Shown one piece after another: positions 11,019 to 22,359 of a stretch of 64,000 bases of DNA (position 1 is its first letter; the number at the start of each line of letters is the position of its first letter). Under the pieces are notes generated by a model. It saw nothing but the letters and a program-made list of their open reading frames with translations, ran no database searches and was not told where the DNA came from. The translations under genes and the position numbers were made by a program. Source of the stretch: a bacterium (GTDB lineage: Bacteria > UBA8248 > JACPRG01 > G963555815); the NCBI GenBank assembly GCA_965261595.1, contig CBDHDG010000005.1, positions 992,001 through 1,056,000 on the forward strand. Reading direction: 5' to 3'.

Positions 11019-12595
11019 ATGGCACGAACAGGATCGAAAAAAGCTCAGAATCCCGATAACGGTGTCACGACGGGCTATGAGCGAGAGCTTTGGCAAATGG
11101 CCGACACCCTGCGCGGCTCGATGGATGCGGCGGAATACAAGCACGTCGTCCTGGGTCTCATCTTTCTGAAATACATTTCGGACGCCTTCGAGGAGTGGCA
11201 CGCCCAACTGGAAGCCGAGCGGGCCGAGGGCGCGGATCCGGAAGACCCGGACGAATACCGCGCCGAGAACATCTTCTGGGTGCCGCCCGAGGCGCGCTGG
11301 GCGAATCTCAAGAACCAGGCTCGGCAGTCCACCATCGGCCAAATCGTCGATGGCGCAATGGCCGCGATCGAGCGTGAGAACCCGGCGGTCAAGGACGTGC
11401 TGCCTAAGGACTACGCCCGCCCCGCGCTAGACAAGGAGCGGCTCGGCCAGCTAATTGATCACATCAGCAACATCCAGGTTGGCGACGCAGACGCCCGCTC
11501 CAGAGACGTGTTAGGCCGTGTTTACGAGTATTTTCTATCGCAGTTCGCGAATGCGGAAGGGAAAAAAGGCGGAGAATTCTACACCCCGCGCTGTGTCGTC
11601 AAGCTCCTGGTCGAAATGCTGGAGCCCTACAAAGGCCGCGTCTACGACCCTTGCTGCGGCTCTTCGGGCATGTTCGTGCAGTCGGTCGAGTTCATCGATG
11701 CGCACGCCAGCGGCAACGGCAACGGCGGAAGGGCGCACGGCGACATCAGCATCTACGGCCAGGAGTCGAACTACACGACCTGGCGGCTCGCGAAGATGAA
11801 CCTTGCCATTCGCAGCATCGAGGGGCAGATTACCCATGGGGACAGCTTTCACAACGACTGCACCCGGATCTCAAGGCCGATTTCATACTCGCCATTCCCC
11901 CCTTCAACGTCTCCGACTGGGGCGGCGAGCGGCTCACGGATGATAAACGATGGCAATACGGCATCCCGCCCAAGGGCAACGCCAACTTCGCCTGGGTGCA
12001 GCACATGGTTCATCATCTGGCGCCGGGCGGTGCGGCGGGTTTCGTGCTGGCCAACGGCTCGATGTCCTCGAACCAGTCGGGCGAAGGCGAAATCAGAAAG
12101 AGTCTGATCGAGGCGGAACTTGTGGACTGCATGGTCGCCCTGCCGAGCCAGCTATTCTACTCGACGCCGATTCCCGCCTGCCTGTGGTTTCTGGCGCGAG
12201 CCCGGAAACGAGGCGGCGAAATCCTCTTCATCGACGCGCGCAAACTGGGCCGCATGGTCGACCGCACCCACCGCGAGTTGACGGACGAGGACATCGCTCG
12301 CATCACTGATATCTACCATGCCTGGCGAGGTGGGAAGGATAAGAATGAATACGCCGACGTCCCCGGCTTCTGCAAGAGCGCAACGATGGACGAGGTGCGT
12401 AAGCATGGACATGTACTCACCCCCGGTCGCTATGTCGGCGCAGAAGCGCAGGAGGACGACGGCGAGGCGTTCGATGAGAAGATGAAGCGGTTTGTTGCAC
12501 AGTTTCGGGATCAGCAGGCTGAAGGGGCACGGCTCGACGCGGCTATTGAGGCCAATCTCGAAAGTCTGGGGTATGGAGCAAAAGACACACTATGA
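11019..12595 (+). pseudogene. hsdM: Type I restriction-modification methyltransferase subunit, frameshifted near 11858
   Basis: [28 protein letters not shown]; the second frame carries (A)IPPFN and LTPGRYVG. No hsdS or hsdR follows. Confidence 0.92.
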
Positions 12596-12655
12596 TTCCG
12601 GCCACTGCGCAGCGGTCAGATGAGGGCCGTCCATGAAACTTGAGACAAACAGGTC

Positions 12656-12853
12656 ATGCCGAAGGTCAGAGAAGCGATACGCTTGATAGAGCAAGACGGA
12701 TGGCAGCTCGTTCGCACCAAGGGAAGCCACCGGCAGTACCGGCATCCGGTGAAACCGGGTACTGTGACCATAGCAGGCAAACCGAGCGACGATCTGCCGC
12801 CAGGCACATGGAACAGCATCTTGGAGCAATCCCAAGTGGAGGAGTGCTCATGA
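12656..12853 (+). CDS. hicA: HicA family mRNA interferase toxin
   Basis: DGWQLVRTKGSHRQYRHP...GTVTI...DLPPGTWNSI. Confidence 0.92.
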   Translation: MPKVREAIRLIEQDGWQLVRTKGSHRQYRHPVKPGTVTIAGKPSDDLPPGTWNSILEQSQVEECS

Positions 12854-13083
12854 GCATGAAATACACGGTCGTTATCGAGAAATCGCCTGACAACTACGCT
12901 GCCTATGTTCCCGACCTGCCGGGCTGCGTCGCGACGGGCCAGACCCGGGAAGAGACGTTGGTGGAGATCCGCGAAGCCATCGAACTACATCTCGAAAGCC
13001 TGTGCGAGCACGGGGAGCCGACGCCACAGCCTCAAGCTACTGCCGATACCGTGGAAGTGGCGGCGACGGGAACATCGGGGTGA
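12850..13083 (+). CDS. hicB: Short HicB family antitoxin (no DNA-binding domain)
   Basis: YTVVIEK...YAAYVPDLPGCVATGQTREE...IREAIELHLE; ATGA overlap with hicA. Confidence 0.92.
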   Translation: MSMKYTVVIEKSPDNYAAYVPDLPGCVATGQTREETLVEIREAIELHLESLCEHGEPTPQPQATADTVEVAATGTSG

Positions 13084-13177
13084 CGGATCATCGGCTATCG
13101 ACAATAGTCCTATATCGTCGTAACTGTGTGACTCATAGCGCATTACAGATGTTGTAGGTATTGGGCCGACTCGTCTA

Positions 13178-13200
13178 TCCCGTATATTGTCCCGTATATT
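13178..13200. repeat. Tandem TCCCGTATATT x2, a possible integrase arm-type site
   Basis: 11-bp direct repeat with 12-bp period; resembles CCCCGTATAA/ATCGTATATT upstream of the integrase at ~22297-22319. Confidence 0.4.
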
Positions 13201-13618
13201 CTTAGCGCGATCACATGGGAACCTACGGTACGTTGGCGGAACCCGTGACAGGTGCGACCGTTGGGCGCCGCAGGCGTCGCGAGGGGCTAAGAAAGACCAC
13301 GCAGATGACGATCCGGCGATGCCGAATGTTGCATTTCGTCGCCACAGCGCGGGCGTTCGGGAACGCACCGGTGGCGGGCGATGAGGCAATCTCGAAGTAC
13401 GGCGCGCCCGGTCACGTCCGGGGAGCGGGGTTGTTGACGGACGGGTTCGAGCTCCACCCCCAGGCGCAGACTTAAGGTTCATGAGCCAGCCCACACAATG
13501 TTGAACATTGCGATCTGGCGAGGGGAGCTCCGCCCCCCTTCGATCCCCCAGAGGCCCGCCCTCGGGCGGAGTTCGCAGGCGGGGCTCGCCGCCCTTTCGC
13601 TCTTGCCGGCGCGTCCTG

Positions 13619-13876
13619 ATGGCCGATCGCCGCACCGTCGCCGCCTCCGCGTATCGCCGGCCGAGCTCGACGACTTGGGGGGCCAAGGCCGTGGCCGCCG
13701 CCCGTGTCGCTGTCTGCCGCTGCGGCAGGCCATGGCGCGCGCGGACGTGGACCGCCCCGGCGGCAGCGGTTGAGCGCGAGCGCACCCGCCAAGTCGCGGG
13801 CATCGGCTGCAACCTCAACCAGACCGCCCGCTGGGCCAACACCCACGGCTCGGCAGCCGAGGCCGTCGCCCCCTAG
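13619..13876 (+). pseudogene. mobC: Degenerate MobC relaxosome accessory protein
   Basis: RQVAGIGCNLNQTARWAN matches the MobC GNNLNQIA signature; indels upstream and an early stop. Confidence 0.7.
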
Positions 13877-14058
13877 TCGCCAGTCGCCATCGACGGGCGC
13901 TCGCGGCGCCGGTCCCCGTCGGACACCCCGACCCCGATGCACATTTCTGGAGGATCTGCGCGGTCGCCGAACCGGCTCAGGGCGGGTGAGGAGCCTGAGG
14001 CCACCGCGCCTGTGCCGGGGCACCTGGAGGAGCGACTCCGGCGAAGCCTCAAGGTCTT

Positions 14059-15102
14059 CTAAGCATCATCATCCTGCGCCGCGACAGTCCAGATCCGCTT
14101 CAGCGGAAGCTCGGCGCGTAGGTCCTCGTCTAGCCGGTCGTAGTGCGTGAACAGCTGCTCAAGGAGCTCCTTCTGGGTCCAGAGTCGAACCTTGAAGAAG
14201 CTGCCCGCCAACTCCTTCTGCACGTTGGTCTTGAAACCTCCCCACGCGACGAATAGGCCCTCCTGCGCACTGAACTTAGAGACGGCTCCGAGCAGCTTGT
14301 CGACGGTTGGCCGGTCAATCGGTGCTTTCTCAGACTTGACTTCCACACACAGACGAGGGGTGCCGAACCCGAGCGGCCCAGAGCCTGCCAGGATGTCCGC
14401 ACCTCCGTCCGCACCCTCGGAGCTACGGTACGTTGTGTAGCCTTGAGCCTGGAGGATTGCCTCAACAAGTCTCGCCAGGCTGTGGCCTGAAAACTTAGCA
14501 GAGATGAGCTGGGCAATCTGATCCCGGCCGAGCTGTTCGAGGTCGACGCCAACGGCATCGGTCTCGTCATCCGGGTCCTCGATGGTTCCCGTCTGACCCT
14601 TGAAGCCCGGATCGGCCTTCCAGCCTGACTGTCGCATAGCCTCCAGCCGGTCCTCCGCGTTGTTGCGCTTGATGCGGCAGATCGTCATGAACGCGCCGAA
14701 CGAGTGAAGTAGGTCTTTTCCAAAGCTGGCTCGTGGGATGGCCTCGCCGATCCAGGTGACCGGTCGCCAGTGGAAGTACGGATCCGGGCCGCGTGGCTCG
14801 AAGTGATAGTCGCCTGTGATCTCGCCAACATAGATAGCCGGCTGTCCTTTGAGTGGAAGGACCACTAGGTCGCCCACCTGCATTCGATGCGCGAACGGCC
14901 AGAGCTGGCTGGCCCAATTGAGAATGGTCTTAGGCTTGGCTGTCGCATAGCGGTCGGTCATTGCCGCAAGGAGCTCCTCCCGTGCCTTTAAACGAGCGAG
15001 ATTGACATCCAGCATGTCCCAGGTGACGTAGATGCGGTCCTCCTGGATGAACTTTTGCTCATACTCGCCATGGGATCCGCCACGCACCAGCCATATCGCC
15101 AT
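14059..15102 (-). CDS. Mrr-like restriction endonuclease
   Basis: N-terminal WLVRGG/GDLVVLP domain and C-terminal ADGGADI...VEVKS Mrr catalytic motif. Confidence 0.88.
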   Translation of the reverse strand: MAIWLVRGGSHGEYEQKFIQEDRIYVTWDMLDVNLARLKAREELLAAMTDRYATAKPKTILNWASQLWPFAHRMQVGDLVVLPLKGQPAIYVGEITGDYHFEPRGPDPYFHWRPVTWIGEAIPRASFGKDLLHSFGAFMTICRIKRNNAEDRLEAMRQSGWKADPGFKGQTGTIEDPDDETDAVGVDLEQLGRDQIAQLISAKFSGHSLARLVEAILQAQGYTTYRSSEGADGGADILAGSGPLGFGTPRLCVEVKSEKAPIDRPTVDKLLGAVSKFSAQEGLFVAWGGFKTNVQKELAGSFFKVRLWTQKELLEQLFTHYDRLDEDLRAELPLKRIWTVAAQDDDA

Positions 15103-15976
15103 CAGTGAGAGTGCTCCATTTCTGAATTAGACTTGTTGGGCCACATCGTGGTCATCGCCGCCGAAGAGGCTGTGACTCCACACTTCCACCCACACCACCC
15201 CCTAAGCTGACCTGGGTCACCCGGACGAGCAACTCGCCCGCGAGCCGCTGAACTCCCTGCGTCGGGCCTACACCGGCTGTGTTCCAGGATCGCCGCCTCG
15301 ACCAACCGCGAGCTGAGCTAAGAGGCGCCACGGGCTCTCGGTGGTTCCTCGGAGTACCACACGCTTCCGTTGGCGAAGGCCTAACCCAGCCCATGGACAG
15401 GAGCCCTTTGCCCCGGACCGGGGCCTTGGCGTCTCCGATACCCGCTCGACTCCCCGCCGACGGGGCGAAGGACAGGCCGCCGTCCTGCTTCGATCCCAAT
15501 GGACGCGGGCGCTGGACCTGATGCGCCAGCGTGGGCGAGAGCGGGATCATGGTCCGAGCCGCTAATGGTTCTCGGCTGCGGAATCGGCCAGCGCTCGAGG
15601 ATCGGCGGAGGTCCTTCGGCGGCTCGGCGCGGCCTCCGGTTCCAGAGTCTCGCCGGCGAGGTAGGCGGGCCCAGTCCGCCGTCATACAAGCTGTAAATCT
15701 ATGATATGCTGTGCGTTACGTATTCCATAAAACGTCCTCCGTCACCCCTGTGATCACCCTTTACGCTTCGGGTTGCGGAATCCCCCCAAAACCCCCGAAC
15801 ACCTGGAGCTTGAACTGGCGCCCGAAAACTACCGGCTCAAGCTGAGTTCGCTGCCCAAGGTCTGCCCCGACAAGAACTTCAAGTTCCGGGTGACCGGACA
15901 CCGGCATCCGCTCGAACCCGCCACGTAGCCCCGGTGGCCGTCGGATCGCCGGGACGATCCCCGGAAACCGGCCCGC

Positions 15977-17263
15977 CTACCGGCTCGGGGGGCTGTATAC
16001 GTAGACCACCGGCAGCTTGGAAACGTCGGTGACGCTCCTGTCCGTGTGGTGGTAGATGTTCATCCGTCCCGTGCCGCAGTCGCCGAACGGGTCGCAGGAT
16101 AGCGTCCCGACCAGGCCGCTCATAGCGGTTGCCCCCACCTGCTCGCGCAGTGCCGCCCGGTCTATGTGCAGCCTGTCACCGTCCTCCACGGCAACGGCCT
16201 CAATGGCCGAGAGGAGGATGGTGGTCGCATCGTAGGTGTGCGCCCAATAGGGTGACCCGGGGAACCCGCCGTGCCTGGCCTCGAACGCGGCGAGAACCTG
16301 CTCCCCGCTCCGTCCTGTCACCTCGTTGACGTTTGAGCGAAAGTCCGATTCCGGCCCCGCGAAGTAGATCCCCTCCGACTGCGGCGTTTCCAGGAACGCG
16401 GAGACCAGCAGCGCGGCCGCTGAAATCAGGGTCGTCCCTTCAAGCCCGTCGAAGGCCCGGGCCTGCGCGGCAAAGGCGGATCCCTCCGTCTCGAACAGCG
16501 GGAAGAAGATGGCGTCCGGGCCGGCGACCGCGAACTGCTCCAGAACCTCCGTCATGTCGGTGTCACCCTTCTCGATTTCTGCCTGGGCCGGCACTTTGCC
16601 CCCGAGGGCCGAAAACGCGTCGGCGAACGCCGCCACGAGGGCGGACGTGTAGGGGTCGCCGTCGTGAACTGTGGCCACGCTCTGCAGCTCCAGCTGGTTG
16701 TAGACGAAGTCCGAGAGGGCGCGTGCCTGGTGGAGGTCGTTGGACGACACGCGAAAGTAACCGGCGTGATAGGCGGGGTTCGCGTTGCCGGCCAGGTCGG
16801 AGGTGAGCCGCGGCGAGGTGTTGCTCGGCGAAATCATGACCAAGCCCGCGTCGCTGATGACGGGCGACGCCGCCACGGCCGCGGCCGAGCAGTTTGTTCC
16901 GATGACGCCGGCCACCTGCGGGTCCCCGATGATTCCAAGCGCACCTTCGCGGCCGCCTTCCGGCGAACAACTGGTGTCAACCGGATCGCCCAGGTCGACC
17001 TGGCGCCCGTGAACGGGACCCATGCCCTCGACGGCGAACTCGGCCCCGTGCCGGGACACGGCCCCCAGCGACGGCGCGACCGTGACCGAAAGCAGCATGC
17101 GTATCCGCACGGCCTCGCCTGCCTCCAAAGTGACTGCACCCAGCGGCCCGGGCTCGAATTCCGGCGGTGTGGTTGTACTTGGTGTGGTTGGACTTTCTTT
17201 GCATCCCGGCGTCGCAAGAACGGCGATCAGTGCCGCGACAGAAAAAACGATGCGCTTTCGCAT
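15977..17263 (-). CDS. Branched-chain amino acid ABC substrate-binding lipoprotein (LivJ/LivK-like)
   Basis: Lipoprotein-like signal ending TPGC; GVIGTNCS, MISPSNT, YFRV, HDGDPY and YDA motifs. No permease is adjacent. Confidence 0.88.
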   Translation of the reverse strand: MRKRIVFSVAALIAVLATPGCKESPTTPSTTTPPEFEPGPLGAVTLEAGEAVRIRMLLSVTVAPSLGAVSRHGAEFAVEGMGPVHGRQVDLGDPVDTSCSPEGGREGALGIIGDPQVAGVIGTNCSAAAVAASPVISDAGLVMISPSNTSPRLTSDLAGNANPAYHAGYFRVSSNDLHQARALSDFVYNQLELQSVATVHDGDPYTSALVAAFADAFSALGGKVPAQAEIEKGDTDMTEVLEQFAVAGPDAIFFPLFETEGSAFAAQARAFDGLEGTTLISAAALLVSAFLETPQSEGIYFAGPESDFRSNVNEVTGRSGEQVLAAFEARHGGFPGSPYWAHTYDATTILLSAIEAVAVEDGDRLHIDRAALREQVGATAMSGLVGTLSCDPFGDCGTGRMNIYHHTDRSVTDVSKLPVVYVYSPPSR

Positions 17264-17347
17264 GAGACCGACTCCTTCTTTTCTGTCATGTGTCGTGGGG
17301 TGACGGTCTATCCACCGGCGTGGACAGCCGCGCATCACTAATGTTAA

Positions 17348-20300
17348 CCGGAATTTCCCATATCAACTTGCTTGGGTGGTTTCCGGTCCCCTTTCCCGAC
17401 GAAAACCAGTTTATCCCCTTCCGATGGGTCTGTCAAGAGCCTTCCAACCCTCCGCAACAAGGTGCTGACGGCCATCGACTGCCCCAAAAGGCGGACCCTC
17501 GCCCTTCGGTCCCCTTTATTCGCGGTTCAACCCGTTAACCAATCACCTCATGCTGCCGGGAACCCTCTGCACAAGGTTAGACCGGCACCGGCCGTAATCG
17601 GTTGATTCGGTCCAGGATGATGGCGAACTCTTCCCTGGATACCGCTACTTCGGCCAATTGAAAGATGATCTGCCGGGCGTGCCGCACAATCCTCCCGCCC
17701 ATTTTGATGAGCTTGACCTGGAGGCTTCGGAGCGACCAGTGCTTGAGCCCCCTGGGCAAGGCTAGCCTCCGCAGGAAATTGCCCAGGTTGTACCCCAGGA
17801 CGAAGAGAAGGAGCCGCACCTGGTTGCACACGAACCGGTGACAGGAAAGGCGTGTCCAGTTCAGGGCGTACTTGCCTTCCTTGATCCATTGCTCGGCTGT
17901 GCCTCGTCCGTTGTAGAAGTGAACCACACCCTCTGGGCGGGCGGTGAGGTTGGTCACGATGAAGCCGACTCTTGGAAACAACTCGCCCTGGTGCCATTCT
18001 GGACCGCCCCTGGGTTATTGGACACTCGGGTGAGGGTATTCGACCTCATGCGGCCTCCGCAACTTGAGCGAGTTTTTCCTGCCTTGCCTGGGCCGGCGTT
18101 CGGTAGCCGTAGCCCTCGAGAATCCAATGATGGTTGTACAGGTTCTTGAACTCAAGCAGCGCCCACCGCAGTTCCTCTACGGTGGCGAAAGAGCGCACCC
18201 ACAGGAGATTCTCCTTCAAGATGCGGATGAACCACTCACAGTAGCCATTTCCCTCGGGCGCCCGCACGAAGCTGGGCGAACTGGTCATGCCCAGGTAGGC
18301 GATCTCCCGCTGAAAGTCATCGGACAGATAGGCGGGGCCGTGGTCGTGACGAACTTTAAGCCCCTCGGCGACGTCCGCCTCCAAGCCGGCGAAGCGCTCG
18401 GCGACCCCCTGCCGGATCGGCTCCAGGGCCTCGAAGCGGTTGCCGCTCTTGGCCGCATGGATCCCCACGCAGTCCACCGAGCAGTGATCCACCGCCACGA
18501 ACACCGAGGCCATCCCCTCCTCGGTGGTCACCGTCGTCGTCATGTCCGTGCCCCACATTCGGTCGGGCCGCTCGGTGCGGATGGTCCCGTTGTGGGCCTT
18601 GGGACCTCGGGGTTTGCCCACCCGGTGGGGGGCCTGAAGCCCCGCCTCCCGCATCAGGCGACGCACCCGCTCCTTGCTGGTGCGGATGCCCGCGAAGCGC
18701 AGCCTCGCCCACACATTGCGGTAGCCCTCGCCATGGAAGGGAGAGTCCTCCAGGACCTGCCGGATGTGGCCGAGGAGTTCCGCATCGGTGCACGGGCCCA
18801 CAGGGCCGCGCTTATTGGGCGTGGGGCGTTCATGAACGGGGACCGCCTCTCGCCGCCGTTGCGCGTAGACCGTGGAGCGCGCCAAGCCCCAAAGGGCGCA
18901 CACCCGCTTCAGGCCGTAGGCTCTGCCCGTGGAGGTGAAGCGGGCCTGACTCATCGCCTCCACCTCCTGCCGGCTAAAGGGCGGCCGGCCTCCAGGCGGT
19001 CGATCTTCTCCCGCAGGACCTCGCCCTCCATCGTGAGTTCGCCCACCTTGGCCTTGAGCCGGGCGTTCTCCTCGTCCCGCTCATCCGCCGGGCGGGCTTT
19101 GAGCGCCGCCTCGCCCCCGCGAAGGAACGCCTCGCGCCAGGCGGAAAGCCGAGCCGCTGTCGTGCCCAACTCGCGGCAGAGCGTCTCCAGGCTCTCGCCC
19201 CGCAAAAGACGCAGGACCGCCTCCCGCTTGCGCTGGCAGGAGAACCGACCCCGCTCACTGCGATGCCCTGGGGCCTTGGCTCCGTTCGCCCTGCGGGCGC
19301 CCTCCGCCAAAGCCCCCTCTTGCTTTTGTTCGTTCATCGCGACACCCCTTTCTCCATGAATCATGGATCAATCGAGTGTCCAACAAAACCCTAGAGCGGG
19401 GGAATTCCACCTTCGCCACCACCCGTCGGGAACGGTCCCAGCTTCTCGCCTGATACCGGAAGTCGTGGTAGAAGACGATGGGCTTCTTCGGCGGTCGACC
19501 CACCGGGCGGGTCAACAGGAATTCAATCCCCTTGTACAGTACTTCATTCCCAGGAAGACGAATGGCGTAGAGGAACCCGCACTCCTCCAGGTACTCATAG
19601 ACCTCTGGATTCGCAAAGGCGGCATCGGCCCGGAAGTAACGACGCACGCTTGCCTGCTCATACCGGGCCGCGATGGGCTCCAGAAACTCGCGCCAGCCAT
19701 CGGCACTGTGCACGTTCCCCGGCCGCAACATCGCCCCCTCGCAGTCCCCGAACTGGTTGAAGCAGAATAAGGGATGGTAGCAGAGGGAACCGAAGTGACC
19801 GTTGTAGGCCGTACCTTCCTGCTCCCCATGGACGGGGCTTTCCGAGCTGTCCATGTCCAGGATGATTCGCTGATGGGGTGAGTGTGCCATGGCCCGGTCC
19901 ACCCACTCCCGGTTCAGCTCGCTCCGGCCCCTTGAGATTCTCCTCCCTGGTGAGAACCTCGGTCTCGAACCGGCTCAGGGTGTTGGCGCCCGCCGCCTGC
20001 TTCTCAAGCGCTCGGCGGCCGACCACGGCTTGCATCGCGGGGTCCTGGGCCAACCGCTCGGCATCGTTGGTGTCTTCATACCCTGCCAAGCGGCTATAGA
20101 CCGACTGGCGCAATAGCGGCGCCAACTCATGCTGGATGTTCCGGCCATGACGGATCTCTTGCAATTGCACTGGCGCTCTCACCGTCAAACCCAGCGCATC
20201 ATCCAGCTCCCGGCAGGCCAGCAATCCCGCATCCGAAGTGATTCTGGTTCCGTGAAACTCAAGCCTCAGCCGACGGTCAAAACGGATCTTCAAAGACCCC

Positions 20301-20423
20301 TTCTTCGCTTCACCCATTGGGTCCCCTCGCAAGATGATGGCAGGGAGAGGCCAACACCTTGATCTTACACGAGAAAACGGCATTCGGTCCGACAAAACTT
20401 ATGATCCATATGGGAAATGCGGG
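17348..20423 (-). mobile_element. IS1380-family element, copy 1, with a nested IS2-like element
   Basis: IRs CCGGAATTTCCCATAT / ATATGGGAAATGCGGG; TSD GTTAA; ITSDAG, ILDMDSS, FRADAAF and RGTAEQWIKEGK motifs; 1668 bp without the nested IS. Confidence 0.93.
18000..19403 (-). mobile_element. IS2-like element, copy 2
   Basis: Near-identical to copy 1; TSD ATTC. Confidence 0.95.
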
Positions 20424-20744
20424 GTTAAACCACCGGTTCGGATCCCACCACTTCCGCCCAGCGAACTTCCCTCATGCCAGGCGTCGAGGGCCGGGCTGCC
20501 GGTCGGTCGGGGCCTCCCCGGCTTCGGCCCATACGCTTGGCCGGCTCCTCGCCGTCCGGCGTGACATCGAGGTGACCCGCAGCCGCGCCTTCAATTGGCT
20601 GACGGTGACGGGCACGCCGCACGAGCGGTGCGGGCGCCGGCAGTCCAACGTCGGCGATATCGCCCGCGGCCTCTTACAGGTTGGCGGACTTCGTCCCAAT
20701 CCCGGTGAACAGCAAGATCGCGGCCATCTCAATCATGCGGCTAT

Positions 20745-21016
20745 CGATGGCCACGGCCTTGGCCCGCCCGCTGGCGAGCTCGGCCGACGTGGCGCGAGCG
20801 GCGACCATGGCGGTGCGGTGGGTCAGCCATCGGCGCACCGGCGGCGGGTTTCGGGGGGCCGCACCGGCCGCGCGACCGCTGCCCCGGCAGCGGCGCGGGA
20901 AGCTGGGGGTTCGAAGGGGAAGCGGAGCCACCCCTCGCCAGCCCCTGCCGGGGACGCGCGAAGCGTGGCCCCAAAGGGTAAGCTGGCTCATGACTGCTAA
21001 CGGGTCATGAGCCAGC
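20745..21016 (-). other. Second oriT-like/mobC 5' remnant
   Basis: Homologous to 13476-13700 (GGCGAGGGG..GCTCCGC..CCCCTTCGA.CCCCCA; GGGCCAAGGCCGTGGCC); 13-bp inverted repeat at 20982-21016. Confidence 0.55.
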
Positions 21017-21099
21017 CTTCGCGCCCCCGCTCTTCAGCGCCTGACGGACTCGTCCGCCGGCGCTGCGAGCGCGGCGGATCAACCGACGCGCTGGGCCTC

Positions 21100-22285
21100 C
21101 GGGTCCCGACGCTCGCCCGCGAGATACGCAGCCCAATCGTCCATCAGGACGCGCCTGCGCTCGAACAGGTCCGAACGCGCATAGGCCGCTTCCACTTTGT
21201 CGCGGACCACGTGGGCCAACGTAGCCTCGGCGACTTCACAGGGGGGCGGTGGAGCACTCGCCGCACCAATCCCTGAAGCTGGACCGGAAGCCGTGCGGCA
21301 CGGCCGCGATACGCAGTCCCCGAAGCAGGGTGGAGAGGGTGCTGCCGGACAATGGACGGCCCTCCGACGACGGGAAGACCAGACCGCCGCCGTCCCCGAG
21401 CGTCCGCGCCTCGCCCAGTATCTCCACGGCGCGCCCGGACAGCGGCACCCTGTGCGGGCGCTGGGCCTTCATTCGCTCGCCGGGGATGGTCCACTCGCCC
21501 GCCTCGAGATCGATTTCATCCCAGCCCGCCAAGCGAACCTCGCCGGAACGGCACGCCGTCAGCACCATGAACTCGAAGGCGAGCCTGGTCACGAGGGCCG
21601 CCGCCGAAGTCCGCACCGCCTCGATCGCGCCCGCGACCTCCGAGTGAGGCAATGCTCTCATGTGTTGGACGACAACCCGGTGCCGGCCAAGCGCTTGATC
21701 GAGCACGTCGCCGGCGGGGTTGTCCGGTCGAAGTCCCATCGCCACCGCCCACTTCATCACCGCCCCGATGCGCTGGCGCACCCGTCGGGCGGTCACGTGC
21801 TTGCCGTGCCAGATCGGCGTCAGAACCGCCAGAATGTCGCCTGTCGTTATCTCGCCGACCGGCCGATGGCCGAGCTCCGGGAACGCATAGGCGCGCAGGC
21901 TGGAGATCCAGTCCTCCGGATGCTTGCCGCTGCGCCAGCCGGGCCGCTTCTGTTCCAGAACGCGGGCGGCCGCCTCGGCGAACGTGGGTATGTCCCGGAC
22001 CTTGTGCCGCTCGGTCCGCGGATCACCGCCCGAGCGCGCAATCTTGCGGTTCGTGAACGCCTTCTCGCGCGCCTCGGCCAGCGATACCAGCTGGCAGCCC
22101 CCCAGCCCCAGCGTGCGGTTTCGACCCTGGATCCGCAGACGCTGCTCCCATCGACGCGCGCCGGAGCGGTCCACACGCAGATAGAGGCCGTTGCCGTCAC
22201 AGTAGTAGCCGGGTTTCGCAGTGCGCACGAAGGCCGCGCTGAGTGCGTTGTGCGGGCGCCTGCCTCGGTGTTTGGGCAAATCCAC
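21100..22285 (-). pseudogene. P4-type tyrosine integrase with N-terminal arm-binding domain, frameshifted before the catalytic His and Tyr
   Basis: DGNGLYLRV, ACRSGEV, PHGFRSSFRDW. EVAEATLAH and AYARSDLFERRRVLMDDWA lie in shifted frames (G-run at 21241-21246 and again near 21187). Confidence 0.9.
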
Positions 22286-22359
22286 GTCATAGTAGTCCCC
22301 GTATAACCCATCGTATATTATGTACGGGAATCTAGCGGACGCAGTGGGACCCCTGGAGT

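Noticed and set aside
20431..20460. tRNA 3'-end-like sequence GGTTCGGATCCCACCACTTCCGCC
   Set aside because: No cloverleaf forms, even after removing IS1380; at most a degenerate att relic.
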